Shown here piece after piece: positions 11,999-26,000 of a stretch of 64,000 bases of DNA. The notes beneath the pieces were generated by a model. That model ran no database searches, was not told the DNA's origin, and worked only from the letters and a program-made list of their open reading frames with translations. Location: positions 6,510,001-6,574,000 of the forward strand of contig CATNEN010000002.1 of assembly GCA_950097015.1 (NCBI GenBank), read 5' to 3'. Numbering within the stretch: position 1 is the first letter of the stretch; each line of letters starts with the position of its first letter. The translations under genes were made by a program, and so were the position numbers. The DNA comes from Macrostomum hystrix (lineage: Eukaryota > Animalia > Platyhelminthes).

Positions 11999-14001
11999 CG
12001 CGAGGCTTCAATGATGCCGGTTATTCGGTTAAAACGAACTCTAACTATCAATGAATGCAGCTTCTATTCTTCTTCTACTATTGCTGTTGTTGGCATATAT
12101 ATTATTCATTTATTGATTGACTGCGTATTGACTTTTAGTCTATTATTGGTTTTCATTTCGTATTTCTAGTGTCTGTCAGTGTTGTTGCCCTGTGTTTTAT
12201 ACACACCTGCAGTTTCTGTGCGTCTGTTCTCTAATTGATCTCGTGCGCTGTTTGTTTGTTGTTCTGAATTCCTCTGGCCTCAATCTGTGAGGGCAACAAT
12301 TGATCGATCGACCATTTCCTGATTCTAGATCTTGCATCACAACTTCTAATATACTTGGGGAGCTAGAGTGTGAGTGTGATTCCTGCGTTTGAGAATTGAT
12401 TCCAATTGACGTTTCTATTGAATGTGCGTGAAGTTTAAATTTGCTCGGCCAATCACGCTTGCCCTTGAATGCTTGCGTTATACTGTAAACTGTATGCATT
12501 AGCATATCAGCATATCTATCCATTTATTACCCGACTAAACTTATTAGCAACTGAACAAAATTGCTGCCGAGTCAAGTTTCTTGTTTTTTTATTGATTTAC
12601 TACTCAAATAAATAAGTAGTATGTGCGAGTCAGTTTTCTCTCCGTCATTCGAGAAGTCGCCTGGTCCCATCTGGGATTTATTATTATTATTTGTCTCTTA
12701 TGTTTTTCTCTTTGTTGTGCTTTCCTCTTCTTCCTCAGTTTAAACTATCAGAATTTTTTCTCCTTCGAATTTCTTTTTATTCATTTAGGCCCAGTTAAAC
12801 ATGCAAGATTGACCGAACTGTTTCAATCAACTCTTTTTTGTTTTACTGATATTATTGCTGCTTGTGTATTCGATTTTGTATTGTAATTATGTGCACCGAG
12901 CCATAACACCTTTTTACTTTAGTCTAACTGTCTGCGTCTCGGCCGTATCGTTCTGCCCTCCTTATCGTAAATGTCTTTTCGTGTCCTGTGTCTCTCTATG
13001 TGACCCTTTTTATACGAGTCTACAGTTAGATTCGCACCGATTTACCGGGTATAGGCGTGCAAATACAGTGTAAATATGACTGCTAAACTGTTTTAGGTTC
13101 CCAGTTTTTCTGTTCTGTGTAGTTAAGTAAGCCGTTTCTTAATTTTACTAATTCTCAAGCAAGTTCGTCCCGTTGTCAGCTTATTTTAGTTAGAAAAGCA
13201 ATCTAACGTAATTTTGTGTTCACTTTCACAATATTAAGACTCGTTGTCTTTATGACGTTTCTCGTAAGAAATTGTCAGAGTTCTTGTATACTGATTTTTA
13301 AAGCTTATTAGTCCTTGCTTATTATATATGAACTACAAGCATATAACCTAATGATCAATTTTATCAATTTGTATCAACCGTATAGTTGGCAGCTTTTTTG
13401 CGAGACTAAGTGCCAGGTCGTAACGAAAATATAGAACTGTTGAATTAACGTTTTAACCAACAAATACTAATGTGACAGTAAACACTGGGATCATTTTTTA
13501 TGTTGCACGAGTTTTTTTCAGTTGGTCATGTGTCTATTATAATTTAAAGACATCGTTTTATGCCTTTATCTGACTGCGTTTTTTATGTAATCGAGGCGCA
13601 AAAATGCAATTTCACAATGCCTTAATCATATCCTTCACGAGACCTAAATATCGCAACGCGTGAAGCTTTTAGGACGGATTCTTAATAATTGTTTATTCAT
13701 TTAAATGAAAAGCCTTTAGTATAAATGCATTCTTTATCATAAACCTTGCCCTATAAGAGTTAAGTACAATAAGACTTTTTGTTATTTTCAGGTAACTTTT
13801 GTGCTTGCTTAAATTTGCTTTTTTCAATATTCTAGGAAAAGATATCACCGTCATTTGACTGAACTGAACCAGCATCTGCATCGTCCCTATGTAGTAATTT
13901 AAACATTTCTACATAAAAACCAGATCGTCGCTATCTTAGTATTATATTTCGCGAAGTTTTAAAAAATGGTTCAGATTAAAAAATTATAGGTATTGCTAAA
14001 T

Positions 14002-17000
14002 ATGTCTAAATCAGCGAGTCAAACAAACATTGATAAGAACATCGAGACATCTCAAGAGACCCGTGTACAGATTAACCACGTTTCTGACAGTTTAACACTC
14101 CTACTTTATCTTGGCTTGTTGATTGTGACTATTCTGACTGTTTGGTTGTTCAAGCATAGACGATTTCGCTTTATCCATGAAACTGGGCTTGCTATTTTAT
14201 ATGGTAAGATTCGCTAAGAAGATTATTGCCATGGCGGCATGGCCAAGGGTTCACTGGGTTTCTTTTCCTCGTACAATACAATACCATTTAGATACCAACT
14301 TTTTCAAATTAATACTATACTGTGTAAGGTATTTATTATTATTATGTATTCATAATTTTTGTATTTAATGACATGTATGGCACAGCTAAGCTAATTTACT
14401 CAAACTTAAGGCAAAAATGGAGTTTAGGCCTCTATTATTATTATTATTTTGTATTAGTCAGGAAGGTGGCACAGTGTGTGCCAGAAAATAAATTGGGGAC
14501 AAACTGTGCACCATCTATTATACACATTTCTCATTGTCGAAGTTATAGTGATCACATTTATTGATTGTCAGCTATGTCAATTACTTGCCAAAATCTGACG
14601 TATGGACAACACAGCTTGAAGTAATTAATAGGCAAAGAGCAATAGAAATCGAGTGACACAAACAGACATATATATTGAGATGTGACAAATTTGATTGATG
14701 ATATATTTTAGTGTATTTTATTTTATCTTACATTTAATCTATTTAATCTTACAATCTTACAATATATATTTTATCTTACAATGAATTAAAATGTTTATTA
14801 GTTATTAAAGCAGTATTATTAGAAGAAAACATGTGGGCAAGAGGTGTAAAAACATGGATGTTTAGCAAAAAGGCCATGAAAAAAATTGTACACCTCAATT
14901 AAATATTGATTTTGCCTAAGGACCTCAACGTTTGCCAGATTGTGTACCAAGTACATAATGGACAGTGTTGGGCAAGTTACTCAAAAAAGTAACTTCAGTC
15001 ACCAAAGAAAGTAACTTCCGGTAAAAGTTATTGTATCGCTTTAACAAAAAGTAACTTCTGGTACTCCATTACTTTAAGCCCATTATTTTTTATTTGTATG
15101 TTATTTTATTTGTACTAAATAGACTATATCTTTATATGCTAAATAAAATATGTTATAACCCCTTATAATCACTAATTCACTATGCATTTTTAATCAGTAA
15201 TGAAATTATATCAACAGCAATCTTGCATATTTGTTGTTTGAATAAATTAATTTCCAGGAAAGTTATGAGAACTTTTGACTTGAGTTTTAACTTTTAACAA
15301 GTGTCTTTCCTGGAAATAATTTAACAAATGAGAATGCAGGATTACCATTTCAGCTGCCATTTGAAATGCTTCATAAGTCTTTGAAAGTCAGGTCAGAGAC
15401 CCCAACTTCTGGCTTCCAGACGCCGTCAAGCCAATTGCGGATGATAATCTTTGCTTTCATCCTGGAGTTCTCCTCCTTGTAGGGCTTTTGCGGCTGACTG
15501 ACGTGGCTGAGAAGGTCATCACTGCCATTGCCATCCCCGTTGGAGAGACTGCTGCTGTCAGCTCCATTTCCCAAAGAAGGGAACCAAATGTTCCCAGGGG
15601 TTAGGCATTGGCGATGACAATGTCAGGTGTGCAAATTTGCAGACTCACAGTAAACAGAGTTACAGAGGTCAGATCAAAAAGGATTCAAAGGAATTAGAAA
15701 TGTAAAAAAATTGAATGCAGTCAACAGAAAAAAAATATACAATTAAAATGTAAGTCACAAAAAAGAACAACATACAAATAAAGGACTAAAGAGATGGTAA
15801 AAAAACTGATAAACAATGACAAATAGGAAATTTACACGAATGGGTAAAACAAGCAAATAACACGAAAGTAAAAATTGTAATAGTAACAGAAGTAGCAGAC
15901 TTACAAAAAGTCAATTCCTTTACCAAGTCCATTACCTTACAAAAAAGTAACTTCCGGTAGCAACACTTCTAAAAAAGTAACTTCCGGTAGCAATGCTTCT
16001 AAAAAAGTAACTTCTGGTTGTAACAGAGGAACGGAGGAATGGAAGTTGCCCAACACTGATAATGGACCCATTGTGTGCATCTGAATTTTCAATGGTGAAG
16101 GCCACCTTCTTGACTCTGGACTCAATGTGATATAGTATTAAACAGAAGTGCTAAAACTTCTAAAACATTTTGGAATTAGTTAAAAAACATAGATAGCTAC
16201 TTTAATACATTTCTTTTTACTCTATTAATTGCCTTTTTGTTCCAAAGCAATATCTAATAATTTAAATAAGGTAGACATCAGGTAGGGCACTATATATATA
16301 CTAGCCATCGTTGTCTTAATAGTGCATTCAAACTTTTAAAAAGCAAATAATGTAATTTCAAATGATATATAGTAATTATTCTAGTAATTTTTACTAGAAT
16401 AATTATTATGTTTTTATAACTGTTAGGTATTTGATATGGTAACATTTTTCTAAGTATATGGTAGCATTTGCATAGCTGTATATCGGTCTCTCTGTATCTC
16501 AGTCCAAACTCTAGGTGTCAGCAACAATCTCTAAGGAATTAATTCGAACTTAGTTATTTTTTTCTATCCCATAGTTGCAAAAAGTTAGATTTTTCTTTCC
16601 TCCCTACTTGTGTTTTTGTATCATCTTCAGTAACAAATCACAAATTAACAAATAAAATAATAAACATTAGCAATTTAGTGGCAATTTTCATATAGTAGAA
16701 AAAGTTGTTTAGTTAAAACAAATTATTTGGCAAGTGCTCAACAAAAATATTAGTTTTATTCTTATTATATTATTATATTATTATATTATTTTTATTATAA
16801 TAATATAAATTAACATGGACCACTAAAATATTTTGTGTCATTGAGCTATATTCATTTAAAACACACAATTTATTAATCCTCTAGATAAATTTTCAGAAAA
16901 GTTAATCCATAGTTTTAACTGTGTAGGGTAATGTATCATCAACCGAACAGTGTATCTTCAAAACCGAACAAGAATTTTGACTCCTTCCTTGGTCTCGTGC

Positions 17001-20000
17001 AAGACAGAAACAAGCTATTGTGTTTCACAGAACAACTAATTTGAAAGTTGAAGAAATTATCTACATGCTGAGGCATAATGTGCAATGAAGCATTAAGAGG
17101 AAAGAAAGATATAGATGTTTCAGTAGAATTTTTTTTTGCAAAAGCATACTTTTTAACAACATTTTTTCTGTATGTACTTTAGACAAAGATTGTATGTGGT
17201 TGCTTGCCAATTAAATGACCATAAATGTAGTTATTTATAGAACATGAAAAATGCTTTCAAATGACATAATTCATGATAGTTCACTCCTTAAAATAAGATT
17301 AAACCACTCACTCAAATTATAAAACCAAACATCAAATTCTCTGTTTGGTTTGAAGATACATGAAAATCATTGTTCGGTTTTAGATAAAAAGCAGGAATAA
17401 CTTTTTTCTATTTGACAAAATAGCAAAAGCAGATACTTTTTAGAAAGATGTAACTGTTTTCTATAACTTGGCTTTTGATTTATCATCATATCTTAAATAG
17501 AAAATCTGTAGCTTAAGTTTGAAGTTAAAAAAATACACATTCTTGTTTGGTTGATGATACATTACCCTAGCACTTAAGGAATATGTAAAGGCAGAACCAT
17601 TGAAGTTAAAGCTTTATTTCGTGTAAAAAACATCAGATTTTATGCTATTTCCTGCATTCTGTTTATTTTAGAATTCCATCTTTTTAAAAATAAATAACAA
17701 AGTAATATTTATTGCATTTCAGTTTAATAAATAATCAAAGTAATTCATTTTTATAATAATATATGTATGGTTTTACAAAGTAGAGTGTTTAAACATTTTA
17801 TCTGTTTTGTATAGCTTGCTTTGTATCCCTTGACCTTAGAACTTAAAACTTAGCCTAATGGTCAATGTTGTGTGCGTACGCACGTGAGCCAGGCCTTGGT
17901 GTACACCTGGGTCATTTGATTGGTTGCGGAGTGGGTGGGTGTCGCCACCCCAGTTCTAGCAAATATTATATTGACGCGCGCTTAGCGTGACAGTAAAAAC
18001 GAGAGGTTTGTCTGCACACAAAAAATAGTCTCGGCCTTAGTTATTACAGTCAAAAGCATTCGCTTCTTTAAAAATGACCAATTGTTTATAATTCTTGACT
18101 CTTGAAATCCAAAGCACTAAAGTAAATAAAGGAAGTGACACAGAAAGTTAAATGATTTTTAAGATTACATTTAAAGTTTAAAATTATCCGAAATTGTTCG
18201 GCTCATTGGTGTATATTTGTCTGGAGCTGGGCAGTTCACAGCTTGATGCATTTCACCAGCTTGGCAGCGTCACCGCCGCACTTGGCAACCAGGCAGATGG
18301 CAATGAGCGGCGGCTTGATGGACAGTCCGCAGGTCAGCAGGTTGCTCAGAATGCACAGAGAGCTGGAGATGCCGGCATCCTTGACGCAGCCCCAGTCCAC
18401 AGACAGGAATGGCACCATCTCGTGGACAATGTCGTCCAGGATCTCATCTCGCTGCTGGACAGTGTAGTGAGCGGCGGCGACGGCCACAAAGAAAAGCAGG
18501 GCAACAATGACCTTCATTCTGAAAGTTCGGAGATCAACTTGCAGTTTTAGCGATGATTTTATAATGCAAATGAGGATTATTATTTAAAATGAGAGCCAGA
18601 GGCAGACTTGGCCCAATGAACTTCACTGAAGCTACCGAAGCTAGCAAATGATTTTAAATCTTGAATAGTCTGCTCAACACCAACACACCGACATCTAAGT
18701 CAAGGTGCTCAGCGACACAAATAGTATTTTTTAATGAGCTATGAAGTCGAACTCCCGACCTTTTCAGTAGGGAATCCGAAGCTTTAGCTACGAGAAATAT
18801 TAGAGAGGTAGAAGGCCTTACCTGTCAAGTGTGTGTTCCTATCCGATCTGCGCTTGTGCTTTCTTATTCGGTAGTCGATACATCTCAAATGGCTCAAGAC
18901 CGCACTCTTATTTATAATCGGTTTTCTAGATGCCTGACTGACCTACTAGCTCAGCAACAGCCGGCCGATTCACACAGGGGTGTGGACAATCTCTGATAGG
19001 TTCGATAACAGCCAGCATAGTTTGACAGATGATTTTGACAGTCGAGCTATTCCCAGCTATTTCACTGTCAAGTTAGCTAAATTTTAGACATTTGTTTCGA
19101 AGTTAGGTTTGCCACGAGATAATGTCCAATTAGGGATTTCGATATTCTCATATCAGTTGTAGTGAAGTTTGAGTTTGATTGAAAAATTGTCTACTTGAGT
19201 AAGCCAAAATTTAGATTGCAAATTAACAATTAGTACTCCAGTTTCAGAATTGCACTATTAATCAATCATAGTTTACTGATACAACGTGAGTTGATAAAAC
19301 TGCTGACGCTATGTGATGTTGCACCGTGGTTTGACCAAGACACTTTCCTTCCCTGATTATTCTGTATCACCAAGTAGGAATTTAGTGACTTCTAGCCCAC
19401 TCCATGGACTGAACGGCTGTATCATAATAATTGCAGGATGGTTGTGGGCACTCGCATATCATTTGGTGCCACTCGACCCGTAGCCAGCGAGGAGGCAATT
19501 CTGCCCATTTCGCTGACTACTGAGCACACACACACAGATACTGTACGCAGGCACACACTCACACAGGTTTGTACATCTGCCCTGACTTTCTCATCGTCCC
19601 CAAGCCTTCTCTCAACGGCTGCGCCTCAAGTCAATGTGGCCTTACCGCGGAATCGAGCTCAGGGACGTTGGAGCGAGAGGCGAACGCGTTAGACCGCTCA
19701 GCCACTCAGCCTAAGACTGAACAGCCAGCTGTGCAGCGCAACAGCTAGGCTTGGTGTCCTTTCTGTTCTTTCTTCTCTAAATCAGATTTGGGGATGGTGA
19801 AAATGAAAACAGCAATGCAAACTACATGCCTAAAACATCCATGTCAATGTACAGATTTTAATTCAGATTTTATTTTTAAGCCGACTGCCCCACCTCATCG
19901 ACCATTCCTGTCTCGGTTCAGGCCTAATCGTGGGTATAATCATCAGGTATGGCTCAGCCAGCTATAAGCCCAGCATTCGCAAGCTGTCAATTGAGGACTC

Positions 20001-23000
20001 GCCAGATCTGCCAAATCATCTGCCACCTGAGAAGGTGCTCGTCAACATGTCCGTGCTAAATGAGTCCCAGATCTACGAGTACGATTATAAGCGGCGTCTC
20101 TATGGCAACAATATCAACGCGCCGATTCTGGATGAAAAGGCCACGTTTAATCCTGAGGTGTTTTTTAACATCATACTGCCGCCAATCATATTCTTTGCCG
20201 GATTCAGCATGAAAAGGGTGAGCTGGGATTCGTGGAAGCCAAGTCTGAATCTACATCTTTAATTAAGATATAAATTATAAAGAGTATAAATCTAGATCTC
20301 AGATTGGGATGTGGGATTAGAGACTAAATCTAGATCTTATATTGGGATGTGGGATCAGAGACTGAATCTAGATCTTATATTGGGATGTGGGAACAGAGAC
20401 TGAATCTAGATCTTATATTGGGATGTGGGATTAGAGACTGAATCTAGATCTTATATTGGGATGTGGGATTAGAGACTGAATCTAGATCTTATATTGGGAT
20501 GTGGGATTAGAGACTGAATCGATCTAGATCTTATATTGGGATGTGGGATAAGAGACTGAATCTAGATCTTATATTGGGATGTGGGATCAGAGACGAATCT
20601 AGATCTTATATTGGGATGTGGGAACAGAGACTGAATCTAGATCTTATATTGGGATGTGAGATTAGAGACTGAATCTAGATCTTATATTGGGATGTGGGAT
20701 TAGAGACTGAATCTAGATCTTATATTGGGATGTGGGATTAGAGACTGAATCTAGATCTTATATTGGGATGTGGGATCAGAGACGGACGAATCTAGATCTT
20801 ATATTGGGATGTGGGAACAGAGACTGAATCTAGATCTTATATTGGGATGTGAGATTAGAGACTGAATCTAGATCTTATATTGGGATGTGGGATTAGAGAC
20901 TGAATCTAGATCTTATATTGGGATGTGGGATTAGAGACTGAATCTAGATCTTATATTGGGATGTGGGATTAGAGACTGAATCGATCTAGATCTTATATTG
21001 GGATGTGGGATAAGAGACTGAATCTAGATCTTATATTGGGATGTGGGATCAGAGACGAATCTAGATCTTATATTGGGATGTGGGAACAGAGACTGAATCT
21101 AGATCTTATATTGGGATGTAGGATTAGAGACTGAATCTAGATCTTATATTGGGATGTGGGATTAGAGACTGAATCTAGATCTTATATTGGGATGTGGGAT
21201 TAGAGACTGAATCTAGATCTTATATTGGGATGTGGGATTAGAGACTGAATCGATCTAGATCTTATATTGGGATGTGGGATAAGAGACTGAATCTAGATCT
21301 TATATTGGGATGTGGGATCAGAGACGAATCTAGATCTTATATTGGGATGTGGGAACAGAGACTGAATCTAGATCTTATATTGGGATGTGGGATTAGAGAC
21401 TGAATCTAGATCTTATATTGGGATGTGGGATTAGAGACTGAATCGATCTAGATCTTATATTGGGATGTGGGATAAGAGACTGAATCTAGATCTTATATTG
21501 GGATGTGGGATCAGAGACGAATCTAGATCTTATATTGGGATGTGGGATTAGAGACTGAATCTAGATCTTATATTGGGATGTGGGATTAGAGACTGAATCT
21601 AGATCTTATATTGGGATGTGGGATTAGAGACTGAATCTAGATCTTATATTGGGATGTGGGATTAGAGACTGAATCTAGATCTTATATTGGGATGTGGGAT
21701 CAGAGACGGACGAATCTAGATCTTATATTGGGATGTGGGAACAGAGACTGAATCTAGATCTTATATTGGGATGTGAGATTAGAGACTGAATCTAGATCTT
21801 ATATTGGGATGTGGGATTAGAGACTGAATCTAGATCTTATATTGGGATGTGGGATTAGAGACTGAATCTAGATCTTATATTGGGATGTGGGATTAGAGAC
21901 TGAATCGATCTAGATCTTATATTGGGATGTGGGATAAGAGACTGAATCTAGATCTTATATTGGGATGTGGGATCAGAGACGAATCTAGATCTTATATTGG
22001 GATGTGGGAACAGAGACTGAATCTAGATCTTATATTGGGATGTGGGATTAGAGACTGAATCTAGATCTTATATTGGGATGTGGGATTAGAGACTGAATCT
22101 AGATCTTATATTGGGATGTGGGATTAGAGACTGAATCTAGATCTTATATTGGGATGTGGGATTAGAGACTGAATCGATCTAGATCTTATATTGGGATGTG
22201 GGATAAGAGACTGAATCTAGATCTTATATTGGGATGTGGGATCAGAGACGAATCTAGATCTTATATTGGGATGTGGGAACAGAGACTGAATCTAGATCTT
22301 ATATTGGGATGTGGGATTAGAGACTGAATCTAGATCTTATATTGGGATGTGGGATCAGAGACTGAATCTAGATCTTATATTGGGATGTGGGAACAGAGAC
22401 TGAATCTAGATCTTATATTGGGATGTGAGATTAGAGACTGAATCTAGATCTTATATTGGGATGTGGGATTAGAGGACTGAATCTAGATCTTATATTGGGA
22501 TGTGGGATTAGAGACTGAATCTAGATCTTATATTGGGATGTGGGATTAGAGACTGAATCGATCTAGATCTTATATTGGGATGTGGGATAAGAGACTGAAT
22601 CTAGATCTTATATTGGGATGTGGGATCAGAGACGAATCTAGATCTTATATTGGGATGTGGGAACAGAGACTGAATCTAGATCTTATATTGGGATGTGGGA
22701 TTAGAGACTGAATCTAGATCTTATATTGGGATGTGGGATTAGAGACTGAATCTAGATCTTATATTGGGATGTGGGATTAGAGACTGAATCTAGATCTTAT
22801 ATTGGAATGTGGGATTAGAGACTGAATCGATCTAGATCTTATATTGGGATGTGGGATAAGAGACTGAATCTAGATCTTATATTGGGATGTGGGATCAGAG
22901 ACGAATCTAGATCTTATATTGGGATGTGGGAACAGAGACTGAATCTAGATCTTATATTGGGATGTGGGATTAGAGACTGAATCTAGATCTTATATTGGGA

Positions 23001-26000
23001 TGTGGGATTAGAGACTGAATCTAGATCTTATATTGGGATGTGGGATAAGAGACTGAATCTAGATCTTATATTGGGATGTGGGATTAGAGACTGAATCTAG
23101 ATCTTATATTGGGATGTGGGATTAGAGACTGAATCGATCTAGATCTTATATTAGGATGTGAGATTAGAGACTGAATCTAGATCTTATATTGGGATGTGGG
23201 ATAAGAGACTGAATCTAGATCTTATATTGGGATGTGGGATAAGAGACTGAATCTAGATCTTATATTGGGATGTGGGATTAGAGACTGAATCGATCTAGAT
23301 CTTATATTGGGATGTGAGATTAGAGACTGAATCTAGATCTTATATTGGGATGTGGGATTAGAGACTGAATCTAGATCTTATATTGGGATGTGGGATTAGA
23401 GACTGAATCGATCTAGATCTTATATTGGGATGTGGGATTAGAGACTGAATCTAGATCTTATATTGGGATGTGGGATTAGAGACTGAATCTAGATCTTATA
23501 TTGGGATGTGGGATTAGAGACTGAATCGATCTAGATCTTATATTGGGATGTGGGATAAGAGACTGAATCTAGATCTTATATTGGGATGTGGGATAAGAGA
23601 CTGAATCTAGATCTTATATTGGGATGTGGGATAAGAGACTGAATCTAGATCTTATATTGGGATGTGGGATTAGAGACTGAATCTAGATCTTATATTGGGA
23701 TGTGGGATTAGAGACTGAATCTAGATCTTATATTGGGATGTGGGATTAGAGACTGAATCGATCTAGATCTTATATTGGGATGTGGGATAAGAGACTGAAT
23801 CTAGATCTTATATTGGGATGTGGGATCAGAGACGAATCTAGATCTTATATTGGGATGTGGGAACAGAGACTGAATCTAGATCTTATATTGGGATGTGGGA
23901 TTAGAGACTGAATCTAGATCTTATATTGGGATGTGGGATCAGAGACGAATCTAGATCTTATATTGGGATGTGGGAACAGAGACTGAATCTAGATCTTATA
24001 TTGGGATGTGAGATTAGAGACTGAATCTAGATCTTATATTGGGATGTGGGATTAGAGACTGAATCTAGATCTTATATTGGGATGTGGGATTAGAGACTGA
24101 ATCTAGATCTTATATTGGGATGTGGGATTAGAGACTGAATCGATCTAGATCTTATATTGGGATGTGGGATAAGAGACTGAATCTAGATCTTATATTGGGA
24201 TGTGGGATCAGAGACGAATCTAGATCTTATATTGGGATGTGGGAACAGAGACTGAATCTAGATCTTATATTGGGATGTGGGATTAGAGACTGAATCTAGA
24301 TCTTATATTGGGATGTGGGATTAGAGACTGAATCTAGATCTTATATTGGGATGTGGGATTAGAGACTGAATCTAGATCTTATATTGGGATGTGGGATTAG
24401 AGACTGAATCGATCTAGATCTTATATTGGGATGTGGGATAAGAGACTGAATCTAGATCTTATATTGGGATGTGGGATCAGAGACGAATCTAGATCTTATA
24501 TTGGGATGTGGGAACAGAGACTGAATCTAGATCTTATATTGGGATGTGGGATTAGAGACTGAATCTAGATCTTATATTGGGATGTGGGATTAGAGACTGA
24601 ATCTAGATCTTATATTGGGATGTGGGATCAGAGACGAATCTAGATCTTATATTGGGATGTGGGAACAGAGACTGAATCTAGATCTTATATTGGGATGTGG
24701 GATTAGAGACTGAATCTAGATCTTATATTGGGATGTGGGATCAGAGACTGAATCTAGATCTTATATTGGGATGTGGGAACAAATATATCTTTCAATTTTT
24801 TTTGGCAGAAACACTTCTTCAGGAACATCGGTTCAATTTTGACGTTGGCTTTTCTAGGCACCACAGTGTCCTGCTTTGTCATCGGGTGAGCCTATATAAT
24901 TGCTCAACTAAGCACCTGTTCAATTTGGGATTAAAATCCTTAGCTATATATTATGTTGTCTGCTTTTCAGTGGCATTGTGTTCGGCATCAGTCGGGCCAG
25001 CGCGAGGCTGGCAGCTCAGGTGTCTTTCAGCGAATGTCTGCTGTTTGGCGCTTTCATCTCCGCCACTGATCCAGGTCAGTGATTTAAACTGCATTAACTG
25101 CTTGGCTCATATCTTATTTGGTTTGTAGAGAGTTGTAAAATGTGCTTTTTGCTTAACGCGCTACTTAAAGTAATGCCATAAGGAACTCTTAGCTACAACA
25201 TTTAATCTATTTTTAGGAATGAGTCATACGCTATTTTTAGAAACAGTCATGTGACATGAAACCGGAGAACCGGTTCTTGACAGCTGTGTTTGCTTGAATT
25301 CCAAATATGGTAAAGCAAACAATTATGACTCATCGGGTTCTGCGTCTGTGTTTGCACTGTATTCCAAATATGGTAAAAACTCACAATCATGACTCACTAA
25401 ACAAATATGTGTGACCTAAGTAAACACCCGGTAGTAGAACCGGTTTTTCCCCAAGGTTTTGCTATAAATACAAGCGAAAATCCGAGCTAAAAATTCAGAC
25501 TCGGAGCGGTCCACCGGACTTCAAAACACCTTACGAAGAAGAGGACTCATCTCTGAGGGAAAGACAAGTGGTAAGCGCTTTACTAGACAGAGTAATTTAT
25601 TGCTAGCAATAGTTGTTGAATTGAACTAAGTTTACGAGAGCCACATATCGTCGATAAATTTGAGAAAGGCCTCCTTGTTTCCTAGGATACATTCCTAGAG
25701 GATTATTGATTGATTTGATTTGAGTTATCCGTTATCTTTCGGAGGTAACGAAGAAGACGCCCTTCAGGAGGACCTATCAGAGATATACAAGAGAGATTTC
25801 AATTGTTCACTAGGGCGCACGTTTCTATTGTGAATTCCGAGCTCGAGGAAACCGAAAAGTAATCTGATTCGCTCTCGTCATTTATTGGCCAACAGACAAA
25901 CTCAAGCAGCTGCCAAGAAGACAAAGAAGACAAGACTACAAAGACTCAAGAAACGTAGACTCGAAACCTCACGGTCGACCAGAACAAGAAGAAGGAGAAC

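Noticed and set aside
20295-24781. Regular repeat array as a possible CRISPR
   Set aside because: Head-to-tail units with no unique spacers, no cas genes, and located in a spliceosomal intron.
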